Below are positions 7,886 through 18,632 of a stretch of 64,000 nt of DNA, in pieces; the stretch's first letter is position 1; every line of letters begins with the position of its first letter. The stretch is from NCBI GenBank assembly GCA_963696385.1, contig CAVOKF010000007.1:768001-832000 (forward strand). Direction: 5' to 3'. A model generated the notes under the pieces. The model saw only the letters and a list, made by a program, of their open reading frames with translations, was not told where the DNA came from and did no database searches. This stretch comes from an uncultured delta proteobacterium. GTDB lineage: Bacteria; Myxococcota_A; Polyangia; Polyangiales; Polyangiaceae. Both the position numbers and the translations under genes were made by a program.

Positions 7886-10453
7886 ATGAATTACGGGGCC
7901 TTCCCTGCCGACGATGGCAATTTCAAGCGCGGAGCATTCAAGCCGATCGCCATTTTGATCGGCATCGTGCTGATCGTTGGGGCCGCGGCGATCGCGTTCT
8001 TGAGCATGCATACGGAAGCTCAGACGCTGACGAAAGAGCAGGTCAACCGCGAGATCCTGGATATTCAGCTCTTGCCGAAGGCCGAGCAGACGCCTCGGTG
8101 GCGCAAGTGGGCGGATGCCGAGAACGAACCCAGGCTCCTGCAGGAATCGTTCATTCACCTCGCTTGGGCGCGGGACAAGGCAAGCATCCCGTCGATCACC
8201 AGGGGCCTATCGAATCTCGATCACGGCGTCCGCGGCACGGCGGCCATGGCGCTCGTGGACTTCGGCTCGCCCGACGCCGACTCTGCCAAGCCGGCCTTGA
8301 TCAAGGCACTCGGAGAGGCCGACAGCAGCGACAAGCCGCAAATTTCATGGGCGCTCGTCGCTCTCAAGGAGTCGAGCGCGTTCGACGCGGTCCTCGCGGA
8401 GTACCGGCTCGGTCACCTCGCTCAGGTTCAGCGACTCGACGGATTTCCAGCGTTCGACGCCGACAAGTTGGCTGCGCTGGTGTCGCTCGACAGGGTGGCG
8501 GCCCTCGCCGCCGACGACAGCAACAGCGTGCGCCAGCTCGTCGCAACGACCCTCTCGCGCGACGCGGACCCCAAATGGACCGACACGCTCATCCGCCTCG
8601 TCAAGGACAAGGACATCGACGTCGCCCGCGAGGCCGCCGTGGGGCTCGGAAAGATCGGCAACGAACGATCGACCCAACCGCTCGTCGAGGCGCTCACCAA
8701 AGCCGACAAGGATTCCAGGGAGAAGTTCTTGCAGGCGCTACGAGACGGAATCGGCGCCAACGGCCTCGTACTCGCCCTGAAGACGATCAATCACGAAAAG
8801 GCGGATACGGAAAAATTCCAGACCAAACAGATCTTCGACATGCTCAAGGACCTCGAAGACCCCCGGGGAGGCGAGGCCCTCTACGGGTACATTGCGGGCA
8901 ACCCGAAGCCCCACTGGAAGGTGGAGGCGGCGATGCGAATGGCCGAAATCGGCGACGTCCGCGCAGCGGACGTGCTGGGCTGGCGCATGGAGCAGGACCC
9001 GCTCAAGCTCTACAACGAAGTCGACTGGCCGGAGCTGCGGCGCGACGACAACGAACGCGTCTTCGCGGCGCGCATGCTGGCCGATCTCGCCGTCATCCAT
9101 CCCGACAAGCGCGACTACCTGGTGAAGACCGCGGAACCCGGCGTTCTGTACTGGGTGGATCCCGACGTGAAACCGCAGCCCCATGCAAACGGGATGCGCT
9201 TTCTCGCCCTGATCGGCTCGCCGAAGGCCGTGACCTTGCTGCAGCGCTGGGCGGATCCCAAAGAGAAGCTTCCCCCCGAGGGGGCGCAGCCGCCCTTCCC
9301 CGACACGTGGGCCACGGCTCAAAGCGCGCTTCGCTACCTCGGCTGGACGAGAACGCCGCGCGCCTGGGGCATCCTCGAGAAACAGCTTCATCGGCGCATG
9401 AAGAAGCTCGACGTGTCGTGGGACTCGCTGAGCCAGGGCGGCCTGACCATCCTCGGGATGACGTTGCGCGCTCTGGGCGTGGGTGCGTCGGACGGATTCG
9501 CGCAGTGGGGCGACCCGAAAGCGTACGACGACCTCGTCAAGTACATCGAGGAACCGATGGAAAACGAGCAGTCGCGCACCGAAGCGTGTTTCGCCCTCTC
9601 GTGGGTCGCGAGCGACGATCAGATGAAAGACGTCGTGAAAAAGATTCACGACAGCACGAAGACGGATCCGAAATCGAATTTCCTTCGTGGCTGCTACCTC
9701 GAAACACTGATCCACCGGCCTGTCCCGGACGCGACGGCGGCGCTGGTGGACCTACTGACCCCGAGTGTGCCGGACATCGAAGTCCGCCACCAGATGGCGC
9801 GCGCCATCGGCATGGGTGGACTGACTCCCGCGATGGTGCCGCAAATCTTCGCCAAGCTGAGCGACGTGAGCCTGAAGGCCGACGCCGCGCTCGCGTTGAT
9901 CCTCGGCGCCGACGCCGACACGGCGGCGCGAGCGATCGCGACCTACAACGATCCGACGGTGCCCGCTGAAGCGATCGAAGAGTTGAAGGACGTCTACAAC
10001 AAGACGTTCGGGTACTGGAGCGATCGAAACTTCGAAAACGGCGATATCGCGCGGTGGGTCGACAACGCCGAGGCCATCGCGCACGTCAAAGTGCACGACC
10101 AGCTCCAAGACTGGCCGCGGCTCATTCTGGGTCGCAACCTGGTCGAATCGGTCGAGATCGACAACGGACCGCATTCGATGACGCGAGTGCAGCTGCGCGC
10201 ACGCCTGCTCGCCGACGCCCTCGGGACCAACGTGGCCAAGCGCACCCAGGCGATTCGGATCCTCAAGTTCACGAAGGAGAAAGGCGTGTTGATGGCGCTG
10301 CGCAGCCAGCCATCGCCGCTCGGCGACCTGGCGCGCCAAGCGTTCTTCGAGGTCATGAACCCCAAGGCCACCGCCGAAAGCGTCCCCGAGTCGCCGAAAG
10401 CGCAACGGCAAAACGACACAGCGCCGCCCGGGATGGGCGGCCCGCCGCGATGA
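7886..10453 (+). CDS. Membrane-anchored HEAT-repeat protein
   Basis: ATG at 7886, one N-terminal TM helix, HEAT/PBS-like repeats (VRGTAAMAL, VRQLVATTL, VAREAAVGLGKIG). Confidence 0.8.
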   Translation: MNYGAFPADDGNFKRGAFKPIAILIGIVLIVGAAAIAFLSMHTEAQTLTKEQVNREILDIQLLPKAEQTPRWRKWADAENEPRLLQESFIHLAWARDKASIPSITRGLSNLDHGVRGTAAMALVDFGSPDADSAKPALIKALGEADSSDKPQISWALVALKESSAFDAVLAEYRLGHLAQVQRLDGFPAFDADKLAALVSLDRVAALAADDSNSVRQLVATTLSRDADPKWTDTLIRLVKDKDIDVAREAAVGLGKIGNERSTQPLVEALTKADKDSREKFLQALRDGIGANGLVLALKTINHEKADTEKFQTKQIFDMLKDLEDPRGGEALYGYIAGNPKPHWKVEAAMRMAEIGDVRAADVLGWRMEQDPLKLYNEVDWPELRRDDNERVFAARMLADLAVIHPDKRDYLVKTAEPGVLYWVDPDVKPQPHANGMRFLALIGSPKAVTLLQRWADPKEKLPPEGAQPPFPDTWATAQSALRYLGWTRTPRAWGILEKQLHRRMKKLDVSWDSLSQGGLTILGMTLRALGVGASDGFAQWGDPKAYDDLVKYIEEPMENEQSRTEACFALSWVASDDQMKDVVKKIHDSTKTDPKSNFLRGCYLETLIHRPVPDATAALVDLLTPSVPDIEVRHQMARAIGMGGLTPAMVPQIFAKLSDVSLKADAALALILGADADTAARAIATYNDPTVPAEAIEELKDVYNKTFGYWSDRNFENGDIARWVDNAEAIAHVKVHDQLQDWPRLILGRNLVESVEIDNGPHSMTRVQLRARLLADALGTNVAKRTQAIRILKFTKEKGVLMALRSQPSPLGDLARQAFFEVMNPKATAESVPESPKAQRQNDTAPPGMGGPPR

Positions 10454-10454
10454 G

Positions 10455-11048
10455 ATGAGCCGTCACGTCGGGGCCGCGGTCGTCCTGATCGTTTCCTGTC
10501 GCCCCTGGGCATCGGCGCGTACGCCGTCGCCTCCGCCTCCGGTGGAGGCCATGCACCTCGCACCGCCACCGGGCACGACGCTTGTTCAAGCGTGCACGCC
10601 TACGGGGCCCGAGCTCTGCTTCAACGCCATCGACGACAACTGCAACGGCGTCATCGACGAAGGGTGCGGCGAAGCGACCGGGGTGCTGCAGTTCACGATT
10701 GCCTGGGGGTCGAGCCCGGCCGACGTCAACCTGACGATCGTCACGCCGGGCCAAGAGCGCATCCCCAAGGCCCGTACGCGCGCCACCAGCAGCGGTTTCC
10801 GCCTCGACCGCGACTGTCCGGGCGACGACGGGTGCGGCAGCCAGAACGTCGAGAACGTGTACTTCGAGGGACTCGACCCGCCCCACGGCCACTACGTCGC
10901 CGAGATCGCGCTGACCGATCTGCGGGGCGCAGAGACGCCCGTGGCCGTTCGGTTCGGGGCGCGGCTCGGTGGACGCGTGGTGGGCTTCGACGTGCAGCTC
11001 GCTCCGGGAGTGGACGACAAGAAGACTTTCGGATTCGACCTGCCCTGA
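10455..11048 (+). CDS. Lipoprotein with Cys-rich putative metal-binding motif and YfaP/DUF2135-like domain
   Basis: Lipobox-like LIVSC; ELCFNAIDDNCNGVIDEGC; W...DVNL..VTP...LDRD...ENVY. Confidence 0.7.
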   Translation: MSRHVGAAVVLIVSCRPWASARTPSPPPPVEAMHLAPPPGTTLVQACTPTGPELCFNAIDDNCNGVIDEGCGEATGVLQFTIAWGSSPADVNLTIVTPGQERIPKARTRATSSGFRLDRDCPGDDGCGSQNVENVYFEGLDPPHGHYVAEIALTDLRGAETPVAVRFGARLGGRVVGFDVQLAPGVDDKKTFGFDLP

Positions 11049-11701
11049 TGGTCCCGTTGCGGTTCTTTCCGTGGCCTCTCCTGTTCGCGTCGCTGCACGC
11101 GCAGGGCGCTTGGGGGGTCGCGTACGCCCCCGTGGACGTGACGGCGGCGCGACCCGCGATCGTGTTCCTGCACGGCATGTGGGCAAGCCCCGAGGACTCG
11201 TGCGGCGTCTTCGAGCGAGGAGCGACCCGGTTCGGCTTTCTCGTTTGCCCGAGGGGCAATGCGCCGCTCGGAGACGGAAGGATGTGGGCGGGAACGGCCG
11301 CCGATGCGGAGCGGCAGATGCGAGCAGCGCTCGCAGCCGCCGAAGCGATGGCGCCCGGAAAAATGGATCGCAAGCGCGGGACGCTCATCGGCTACTCGAA
11401 CGGGGCCTACTTCGCCGCGGAGCTGGCTTGCGCGCAGCCAGGGCGCTGGACGGGACTCGTGTTGATGTCGATGAAGATCACCCTCGATCCCGCGTGCTTG
11501 CGAGCATCCGCGGTGCGAAGGGTGCTCCTGGCTGCGGGAGACCAAGACGCGGCACGCGCGCCGATGGTCGGACAAGTCGATCGCCTCAAGGCCTTCGGGG
11601 TGGAGGCGAGGTTCGTCAGCCTGGGGCCAGGAGGCCACCCGTTCCCGAGCGACATGGCCGATCGGATGGTGGACGCGATCGCTTGGGTGCGGGGAGACTA
11701 G
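11048..11701 (+). CDS. Alpha/beta hydrolase (esterase-like)
   Basis: ATG overlaps upstream TGA; IVFLHG, nucleophile elbow GYSNG, GDQD, GGH. Confidence 0.8.
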   Translation: MVPLRFFPWPLLFASLHAQGAWGVAYAPVDVTAARPAIVFLHGMWASPEDSCGVFERGATRFGFLVCPRGNAPLGDGRMWAGTAADAERQMRAALAAAEAMAPGKMDRKRGTLIGYSNGAYFAAELACAQPGRWTGLVLMSMKITLDPACLRASAVRRVLLAAGDQDAARAPMVGQVDRLKAFGVEARFVSLGPGGHPFPSDMADRMVDAIAWVRGD

Positions 11702-11702
11702 C

Positions 11703-11720
11703 GACCCCGACCCCGACCCC
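11703..11720. repeat. (GACCCC)3 repeat between convergent genes
   Basis: Reverse complement of the GGGGTC unit seen at 1980 and 44277. Confidence 0.7.
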
Positions 11721-11723
11721 GGT

Positions 11724-13457
11724 CTAAAACAGGGCGTCGCCGAGCCTTCTTCGAAGCTGGTCAAATGCGCCGTCGACCATCGCGCCGTACACCTTTTCCT
11801 CGAAGTCTTCGAGACTCAACCCCTGGCCCTTGATCTTCCACGACTCGGCCGCACGCCAGGTCTTCACGGTCGCTTTCCACGGCGGCCCGTCGGGCGTCGA
11901 GAACGTCGCCGCAAACTCGAACGAGAGACCCACAAACACCGTCAGCGGCTTCGGACATGTGGTGTTGCCGCGAGACCACTCCGGCGCGTAATCGATGACG
12001 AGCGCGGGGACCGAAGACGGCGCCGGATCGTCCGCGCCGAGCGGTTCGGCCGCGTGGGCCGACAGCACGTCCGCCGGAAACACATCGGCGAACTGTTTGA
12101 CGACCGAATCGATGACCCCTGTTTCGTTTTGGCGAAGCGAGTCCGCCGTCAGGTACCGCGACGGAAGAGCTTCGGGGCCGGGATAACGAGGGCTCCTCAT
12201 GACACTCCTGTCTGCATCGGCCATCGAGGTCGACGGCCTCTCGCGAAACCGCACTTCGCATCGCGGTCCGTTCTGCTCGGTCCACGCGAGCAATCGATCC
12301 ATCAGGGCTTCGGTCGGGGCGTCGGGATGCGCTCGTGCTCTCCACGTCGCCAGCGCACGGACGAAAAGTGCGTGGCGCGCGGCGCGAAGTTCGGCGCCCA
12401 CGACCGGCGCCGGGTACTTGCGGGCAAATGCGTCGAGAGCAGAGACCGTGCCGGGCCTTTTCGCCTTCTCGAGCTCGATCAGCAACGCCAGCCGCAACGA
12501 CGCGTCAATCTCCGCCCCGATCTTCGAATCCGCATGCGCCTCCGCGAAGGCCCGCACCGCCTCGACCGTTCCCTTCGCCTCGGCCTCTCGCAGCTGGACC
12601 CTGGGCAAGAGCACGTCGCGAACTTCGTCGGAGTGCTTGCCGCGCTGCGCGAGGTACTGCTCGTAGGCCTTGGCGCTTCCATCCTGAGTGACCGCCCGGT
12701 AAGCGGCAGCATCGCTCCAGGCATTGCGCGCGGCCGCCAGTCCCTGTCCAAGAACGAAGCCGAGCACCGCGGCGATGGCCCAGTCGAAGCGGATCCAATG
12801 GGGTCTCGCGGGCGTCATCGCCTCCGTTGGACCGATTGGGCTCGACATCGCCCGGTCGTGCAGCGGATCGAGCTCCGCGACCGTTTGCAGATCCCCGCTC
12901 TCCAAAGCTAGCGCCAGGTCGCGCCGTCGCGGTTCGAGCGCGGCGGCCGCTTGCTCGGCTCGTGCCGCGCTCGGTGCTCGAACCGCGACCCGCGAACCGT
13001 CGCGCATCCGGAACACGAGTCCGAACGCCGGCGGGGCGAGCCGATCGACCGATTCGACCATCTCCATCGGCCACACGTCGAGCGTCGGACGACGCGCATC
13101 GACGACGCAGCCGGGGAAGACGTAAAGACCCGGCCGCCACGGCAAGGCGTCGAGCGTGGAGACGATGCCGAGCGCGCGCAGCACGCAGTACAGGGCGGTC
13201 GCGAGCAACACCACGTCGACCGTGACCATTTTTGGCCCGTGGATCGCCAACGGGTTTTGAACGTCTCCCCAACCGGCACTCAGCAGGGCGCCCTCGATGA
13301 CGAGCAGCACGGCGGCGGCGGCGAGAAACACCCACGCCGCCGTGCGACGCACGTTCTGGACGAGCAACGGTGCAGGAGGAGCCAAAAGGTGGGTTGCCGC
13401 GGCGAACCGGTCCTGAACCGGCCGCGCGAGCCCGTAGAAGTCGATCTTGCTCGGCAC
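11724..13457 (-). CDS. Hypothetical membrane protein with helical repeats
   Basis: Probable GTG start at 13457 (avoids overlap with the divergent gene); three TM-like segments; YEQYL/AFARKYP-type helical repeats. Confidence 0.65.
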   Translation of the reverse strand: MPSKIDFYGLARPVQDRFAAATHLLAPPAPLLVQNVRRTAAWVFLAAAAVLLVIEGALLSAGWGDVQNPLAIHGPKMVTVDVVLLATALYCVLRALGIVSTLDALPWRPGLYVFPGCVVDARRPTLDVWPMEMVESVDRLAPPAFGLVFRMRDGSRVAVRAPSAARAEQAAAALEPRRRDLALALESGDLQTVAELDPLHDRAMSSPIGPTEAMTPARPHWIRFDWAIAAVLGFVLGQGLAAARNAWSDAAAYRAVTQDGSAKAYEQYLAQRGKHSDEVRDVLLPRVQLREAEAKGTVEAVRAFAEAHADSKIGAEIDASLRLALLIELEKAKRPGTVSALDAFARKYPAPVVGAELRAARHALFVRALATWRARAHPDAPTEALMDRLLAWTEQNGPRCEVRFRERPSTSMADADRSVMRSPRYPGPEALPSRYLTADSLRQNETGVIDSVVKQFADVFPADVLSAHAAEPLGADDPAPSSVPALVIDYAPEWSRGNTTCPKPLTVFVGLSFEFAATFSTPDGPPWKATVKTWRAAESWKIKGQGLSLEDFEEKVYGAMVDGAFDQLRRRLGDALF

Positions 13458-13610
13458 GGTGCGTGGCGACCATCGTACGCGCAATTGAATTCGCCCGCGC
13501 GGTGCGGCGCGCCGTTTGACGCGATCCGCCACCCCCGATAAACCCCTGGCTTTGGCGATCCATCGGGCCGGCGTCCTCGACGCGCCGGCCCCAACCCGGA
13601 GCGAACGGCG

Positions 13611-15848
13611 ATGAGCCCGACGGCGATGCTCACCTTGATGTTCGCGGCGTTCGCAATGTTCGCGTGGTCCGCCAGTCGGCGATGGCGGCTGCTCGAAGTG
13701 GGCCGACCCTCGGATCGGTTGGACCACTTGGCGGTCCGGCTGAGGGGAACGTGGCGGTACGCGTTCCGCCAAGAAAAAATGGACTACTACAGCCCCGCAG
13801 GAGTCGCCCATAAGCTCATCTTCTCGGGCTTCGTGGTCCTGCTCCTACGGACGCTGGTTCTGTGGGGCCGCGGATTCTATCCGCCGTTCAACCTCTGGAT
13901 CCTGACGCCCACCGAGCCGATTGGGCTGGTCTACGAGTTTGCGAAGGACTGCATGGCGGTTCTGGTGATGGCCGGCGTGCTGGTATTTCTCTACTATCGC
14001 ATTGTCGTCAAGCCTGCCCGAATGGCCCTTTCGGCCGAGGGACTGCTCATTCTGGTCATCATCTTCACGATGATGCTCGCGGACGTGACCTACGACGGCG
14101 CATCGTTGGTCTTGTCTTCCAAACAAGTGGCATTCTGCAAAGCGTCGGGGCACGCGGGAACGGCGGCGACGTGCGCCGCCATGGGCACCCTACTCGCCCC
14201 GCTTCAAGGCGAGCGGTGGGGCGGAGCCTGGTCGCCGTGGCCGGCGCCCGCCGCGTCCCTGATCGCGTGCATGTTGCACAATGGATCGCCCAACGCGCTC
14301 GTCTGGGTCGCGCGCGCCGGATTCTGGACTCACGCGACGCTCGTCCTCTTGTTCTTGAACCTCTTGCCGCATTCGAAACATTTCCATGTCATCACGGCAA
14401 TCCCGAATGTCTTCGCGCGCAGCTTGGCGCCGGCCGGCCAGCTCGAGCCGATGGCCGAGAACGCCGAAAAACTGATGGAGAAAGTCGGCGCCGCCGGCGA
14501 GGCGGCCGATCCGCTGGCCCTGCCGATCGGCGTCGCCCGCATCGATCATTTCACCTGGAAATCGATTCTGGATTTCTACACGTGCACCGAGTGCGGGCGC
14601 TGCTCCGACAACTGTCCAGCGCACCGTACCGGCAAGGTCCTCAGCCCGAAGCACTTCACGATCGCGCTACGCGACTTTCTCTACGCGCACGAAGAGCAGC
14701 TGATCGCCCACCCCGACCTTGCAGGACTCGACCCGGAACACGATACGCGGCCGGGCCAGCCGGATCCCCCTTCGAACCGACCCGCGGACGAGCCCGATCC
14801 GCGATCGGTGGATCTCGTGCCGAACGTCATCCATCCCGACGTGCTCTGGGCCTGCACGAGCTGCCGCGCGTGCGAAGAGCAATGCCCGGTCCTCATTTCG
14901 TACGTCGACAAGATCGTGGACATGAGGCGAAGCCTCGTCATGGTCAAAGGCGAGTTTCCGCACGCGCTCACGAAGCCGTTCCAGGGCATGGAGTCGAACG
15001 GCAACCCGTGGAACCTCGCGCGCGCGGACCGCGCCGGCTGGTCGGACGGGCTGGGGCTACCGAAGATGAGCGAAAAGCCGGGGGCGACCGTGCTGTTCTG
15101 GGTCGGGTGCGCGGCCAGCTACGACGATCGGGCCAAGAGGATCGCACGGGCGACGGCGAAGCTCCTCAAGCATGCCGGCGTCGACTTCGCCATTCTCGGC
15201 GTCGAAGAAAACTGCACGGGAGACCCGGCGCGCCGCGCGGGCAACGAGTTTCTGTTCGCGACCCTGGCCGAAAGCAATGCCGCCACCATCTACGGCTACA
15301 AGCAACAGGGCGGGGCGCGCGTCGTGGTGACGACGTGCCCGCACTGCTTCAACACGCTCAAGAACGAATATCCCGACTTCGGTCTGCGCGTCGAGGTCGT
15401 CCACCATTCGGACTTTCTCTTGGGTCTGATGGCCGAAGGAAAGATCGTCCCGCACCATCCGGTCAAGGGCCGCGTCGTCTACCACGACTCCTGCTACCTC
15501 GGCCGCTACAACGGCATTTACGACTCACCGCGAGAAATCCTCCGGCGTATCCCAGGCGTTGAGCTCGTCGAGCCGGAGTACTGGACCAAGCAGCGTGGAC
15601 TCTGCTGCGGCGCCGGTGGCGGCCAGATGTGGATGGAGGAGCAGAACCACGACCGGGTGAACATCCGACGCACCTTGCAGCTCATCGACACCGGCGCGAA
15701 GACTCTCGCGAGCGCGTGCCCTTTCTGTATGACGATGCTGACCGACGGAATCAAGAGCAAGAACCTCGAGGACGAGATTCAACAGCTCGACGTCGCCGAG
15801 CTGCTCGAGAGGTCGGTCCCCGTCGACGTGGATCGCCCCCTCGAATGA
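13611..15848 (+). CDS. Membrane-bound Fe-S oxidoreductase with CCG domains (FadF/GlpC/HdrD family)
   Basis: TM N-terminus with SKHFH, two CxxCxxCxxxCP ferredoxin motifs, WVGC, TTCPHC, HDSCYLGR, CCGAGGG, ACPFC. Confidence 0.9.
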   Translation: MSPTAMLTLMFAAFAMFAWSASRRWRLLEVGRPSDRLDHLAVRLRGTWRYAFRQEKMDYYSPAGVAHKLIFSGFVVLLLRTLVLWGRGFYPPFNLWILTPTEPIGLVYEFAKDCMAVLVMAGVLVFLYYRIVVKPARMALSAEGLLILVIIFTMMLADVTYDGASLVLSSKQVAFCKASGHAGTAATCAAMGTLLAPLQGERWGGAWSPWPAPAASLIACMLHNGSPNALVWVARAGFWTHATLVLLFLNLLPHSKHFHVITAIPNVFARSLAPAGQLEPMAENAEKLMEKVGAAGEAADPLALPIGVARIDHFTWKSILDFYTCTECGRCSDNCPAHRTGKVLSPKHFTIALRDFLYAHEEQLIAHPDLAGLDPEHDTRPGQPDPPSNRPADEPDPRSVDLVPNVIHPDVLWACTSCRACEEQCPVLISYVDKIVDMRRSLVMVKGEFPHALTKPFQGMESNGNPWNLARADRAGWSDGLGLPKMSEKPGATVLFWVGCAASYDDRAKRIARATAKLLKHAGVDFAILGVEENCTGDPARRAGNEFLFATLAESNAATIYGYKQQGGARVVVTTCPHCFNTLKNEYPDFGLRVEVVHHSDFLLGLMAEGKIVPHHPVKGRVVYHDSCYLGRYNGIYDSPREILRRIPGVELVEPEYWTKQRGLCCGAGGGQMWMEEQNHDRVNIRRTLQLIDTGAKTLASACPFCMTMLTDGIKSKNLEDEIQQLDVAELLERSVPVDVDRPLE

Positions 15849-15885
15849 CCGACTCCGCGCGGCCCGCGCGCTATGCTGCCTGACG

Positions 15886-16104
15886 ATGGCTCATTGTCCA
15901 ATCTGCGGACGGACGGCCCAGGGGCGTCCGGAAAACGCGGCGTCGCCGTTTTGCTCTCCGCGCTGCCGGCAGATCGATCTCGGCTGCTGGCTCGACGAGA
16001 AGTACCGCGTTCCCACGTCCGACGCGGAAGTCGACGAAGCGGTCGGCGCGATGCAGGATGACCCGAGCGGCACGCGCGACGGTTCGCCCACCGAGAAGCG
16101 GTGA
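15886..16104 (+). CDS. yacG: DNA gyrase inhibitor, zinc-binding
   Basis: CPICG...PFCSPRCRQIDLGCWLDEKYRVP. Confidence 0.9.
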   Translation: MAHCPICGRTAQGRPENAASPFCSPRCRQIDLGCWLDEKYRVPTSDAEVDEAVGAMQDDPSGTRDGSPTEKR

Positions 16105-16976
16105 TGCGCCCGCTTGCCGCCTCCCGTTGGCTTCTGGTCGCCGCCACGTGCGCACGGCCCGCATGGGCTCAAACGCCGCCGCCGGCGCCCCCCGCTCCGG
16201 TTGGGCCCCCACCACCGGGATATCCGTCGGCGATGCCGGCCGCTGCCCCACAGCCCGCGCCGCCTTCCGCCCCGCCGCCGGGCTACCCGCTCACGGTCCC
16301 GGAACCCGGATCGCCGACCACGGGCCCCATCTCACCCACCCCGGTGCCCAGCACCCCTTCGGACGACGAGTCGCGCGACAGCGGGTTGGGGCTCGAGTGG
16401 GTTTGGATCCGGGCCGATCTGGGAGCCACGTACGTAGGGCTCGAGTCGATCAATTCGAGCAATCTGCAAATCCAGAACTCGGCCAGCGGCGGCCCCGCAT
16501 TCGGTTTCGCCGCCGGAGTTCGACTCTTGTCCTTCACCGTCGGCATCGCCGCCCGCGATCTGCAGCTATCGGAGTTCAACCTGTGGGAAGTGAACGGCGA
16601 AGTGGCCATTCACATGCGAAAGGATCGCCTGGATCCGTACTTCGGCGTGCGCGGCGGCTATGCCTTCGCCGGCACGTTGAGCGCGAACGCCGTCGATACC
16701 CCGACGGGAGGATCGGCGGGGGTGAGCGTCCACGGCTACAACGCCGGACTGATGTTCGGAGGCGACTATTACTTCAACCACTTCGTGTCACTCGGGATCG
16801 ATCTGAACCCCGAAGCGCTGTTCCTCCAACGACCGAAGGCCGCGCTACCGGCGAACTTCAGCCTGCTTCCGCCGAGCGTGCAAACGGCCGTTAAGGCAAA
16901 CCCCTTGTACCAGGCGTCGGGATCGAGCGTCGGCTTCGGATTCGTGGGAACGGCCCACGTCGGGGTTCACTTTTGA
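16104..16976 (+). CDS. Exported protein: Pro-rich N-terminus plus probable outer-membrane beta-barrel
   Basis: Signal peptide (AWA), Pro-rich tract, alternating amphipathic strands, ends VGVHF. Confidence 0.7.
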   Translation: MRPLAASRWLLVAATCARPAWAQTPPPAPPAPVGPPPPGYPSAMPAAAPQPAPPSAPPPGYPLTVPEPGSPTTGPISPTPVPSTPSDDESRDSGLGLEWVWIRADLGATYVGLESINSSNLQIQNSASGGPAFGFAAGVRLLSFTVGIAARDLQLSEFNLWEVNGEVAIHMRKDRLDPYFGVRGGYAFAGTLSANAVDTPTGGSAGVSVHGYNAGLMFGGDYYFNHFVSLGIDLNPEALFLQRPKAALPANFSLLPPSVQTAVKANPLYQASGSSVGFGFVGTAHVGVHF

Positions 16977-16980
16977 GGGT

Positions 16981-18591
16981 TCACTTTGGACGTGCGGCAA
17001 CGACTTCGAACGGTCGCATCATCTCGTTGGCGGCGTGCTCGAGGACGTGGCAATGCCAGAGGTAACGTCCGGCGAAGCCCTCGAATTTGACGATGATTCG
17101 GGTGATCATGCCGGGGTCCGCCCGAACCGTATCCTTCCACCCGGCCTCCTCGGGTGCGGGCGGCACGGCCGCGCCGACCTGTAGCATCGACCGCGACCGC
17201 AGGTATTCATCGGCGTCGAAAGGCTGACGCGCGAGGATTTGAAAGCGCACCAGATGCAGGTGGATGGGGTGCGAATCCTCGGTCAAGTTGATGAACTCCC
17301 AGATCTCGATGCTATCGAGCTCCGGCGTCTCCGTGACCGGCTCGTGCCAGCGTGTGCCGTTGAGCAGCATCAGCATCGCGTGCGTATGGGGGTCCATGTA
17401 CTCGTTGAGGGTCAGGCTACGAGTCTTGACCGCTTGGGACGGCGAAAGCTTGGGCATCGGACGCAACGTCGCGGGCAGCGGCTGCGCCGCTGGTCGCGGC
17501 CCGACGGCAACTCGAAATTGCATCAGTTCGAATGCTCCGCTTTTCAGGACGACGTCCTTTGCGGAGGCATCCCCGAAGTCCACGATCAAGTCGGCCCGCT
17601 CGGCCGGCGCGAGCGTGACGATCGCGACCGGGACGGGGGCCGGCAAGAGCCCCTGGTCGGTCCCCACCTGGCGAAACCGCCTGCCGTCGGACAGCGACAG
17701 ATCGTAGAAACGCGAGTTGGAGGCGTTGAGCACTCGAAACCGGTACCGGCGCGGCTCGACATCCAGATACGGGGCAATCGTGCCGTTCACGAGCCATGCG
17801 TCGCCATGGATCTCCGAGACCCAAGGAGCTTCCGGCACGCCGGAGGTCGGATAGACCAATTGACCGTCCGCATCCAAGAGCCTATCGGAGAGGACCAGCG
17901 GCACTTCGTACGGACCCTTCGGCAGGTCGAGCGCATCCTCGACCTCGTCGCGGATCAGGAACACGCCGAACAACCCCGCGTACATATTCAGGCGTTCGAT
18001 GCCCATGGCATGGTCGTGGTACCAAAGCATGGCCGCATCCTGACGGTTCGGATACCGGTAGAGCACAGAGTGCCCCGGGGCGTACCAATCCTCCGGGTAG
18101 CCGTCGCTTTCCGGAGGCGCCTTCGCTCCATGCACATGCACGACCGTTCGAACGTCCGGGACATGCCCGCCGGCGCCACACAGACTGTGATCGATCGGCA
18201 AGAAGTGGCGACTGGGCAGGTCGTTGTGCCACTCGATCAACAAAGGCGTTCCGCTGCGCGTCTCGATGGTAGGACCGGGCACGCTCCCGCCGTAGCTCCA
18301 TACCCTCGTGCGAGGCACGTCGCGGTGGACGCTCATCTCGGTTTCGCGCATCGAAATGCGGTAATAGGCAATCCGAGCGTCTGGGTCGTGGGGATCGGCA
18401 CGCAGGCCCTCGGCCTTCGCCACCTTCGGGATGGGCAGCGGATCGACGAAACGGCGCAACGCGGCCGGATGCAACGGCGGGCGCGTCGCTTGAGGGCGAC
18501 CGTGCAAGCCGCTGTGCGAACACGAGATGCGATGGCGGGTCCACGGCGTCGCAAGCGCCGTCGCGACCAGAAATCGCCTTCGGCTCAGCAT
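16981..18591 (-). CDS. Multicopper oxidase (CotA/bilirubin oxidase-like), Tat-exported
   Basis: SRRRFL Tat motif; copper motifs HVHG, WYHDH, HPIHLH, HCHVLEH..EMM. Confidence 0.92.
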   Translation of the reverse strand: MLSRRRFLVATALATPWTRHRISCSHSGLHGRPQATRPPLHPAALRRFVDPLPIPKVAKAEGLRADPHDPDARIAYYRISMRETEMSVHRDVPRTRVWSYGGSVPGPTIETRSGTPLLIEWHNDLPSRHFLPIDHSLCGAGGHVPDVRTVVHVHGAKAPPESDGYPEDWYAPGHSVLYRYPNRQDAAMLWYHDHAMGIERLNMYAGLFGVFLIRDEVEDALDLPKGPYEVPLVLSDRLLDADGQLVYPTSGVPEAPWVSEIHGDAWLVNGTIAPYLDVEPRRYRFRVLNASNSRFYDLSLSDGRRFRQVGTDQGLLPAPVPVAIVTLAPAERADLIVDFGDASAKDVVLKSGAFELMQFRVAVGPRPAAQPLPATLRPMPKLSPSQAVKTRSLTLNEYMDPHTHAMLMLLNGTRWHEPVTETPELDSIEIWEFINLTEDSHPIHLHLVRFQILARQPFDADEYLRSRSMLQVGAAVPPAPEEAGWKDTVRADPGMITRIIVKFEGFAGRYLWHCHVLEHAANEMMRPFEVVAARPK

Positions 18592-18632
18592 CGCGTGCGC
18601 AAAGACCTACCACCGAACCCGGGCGAAGCGGA

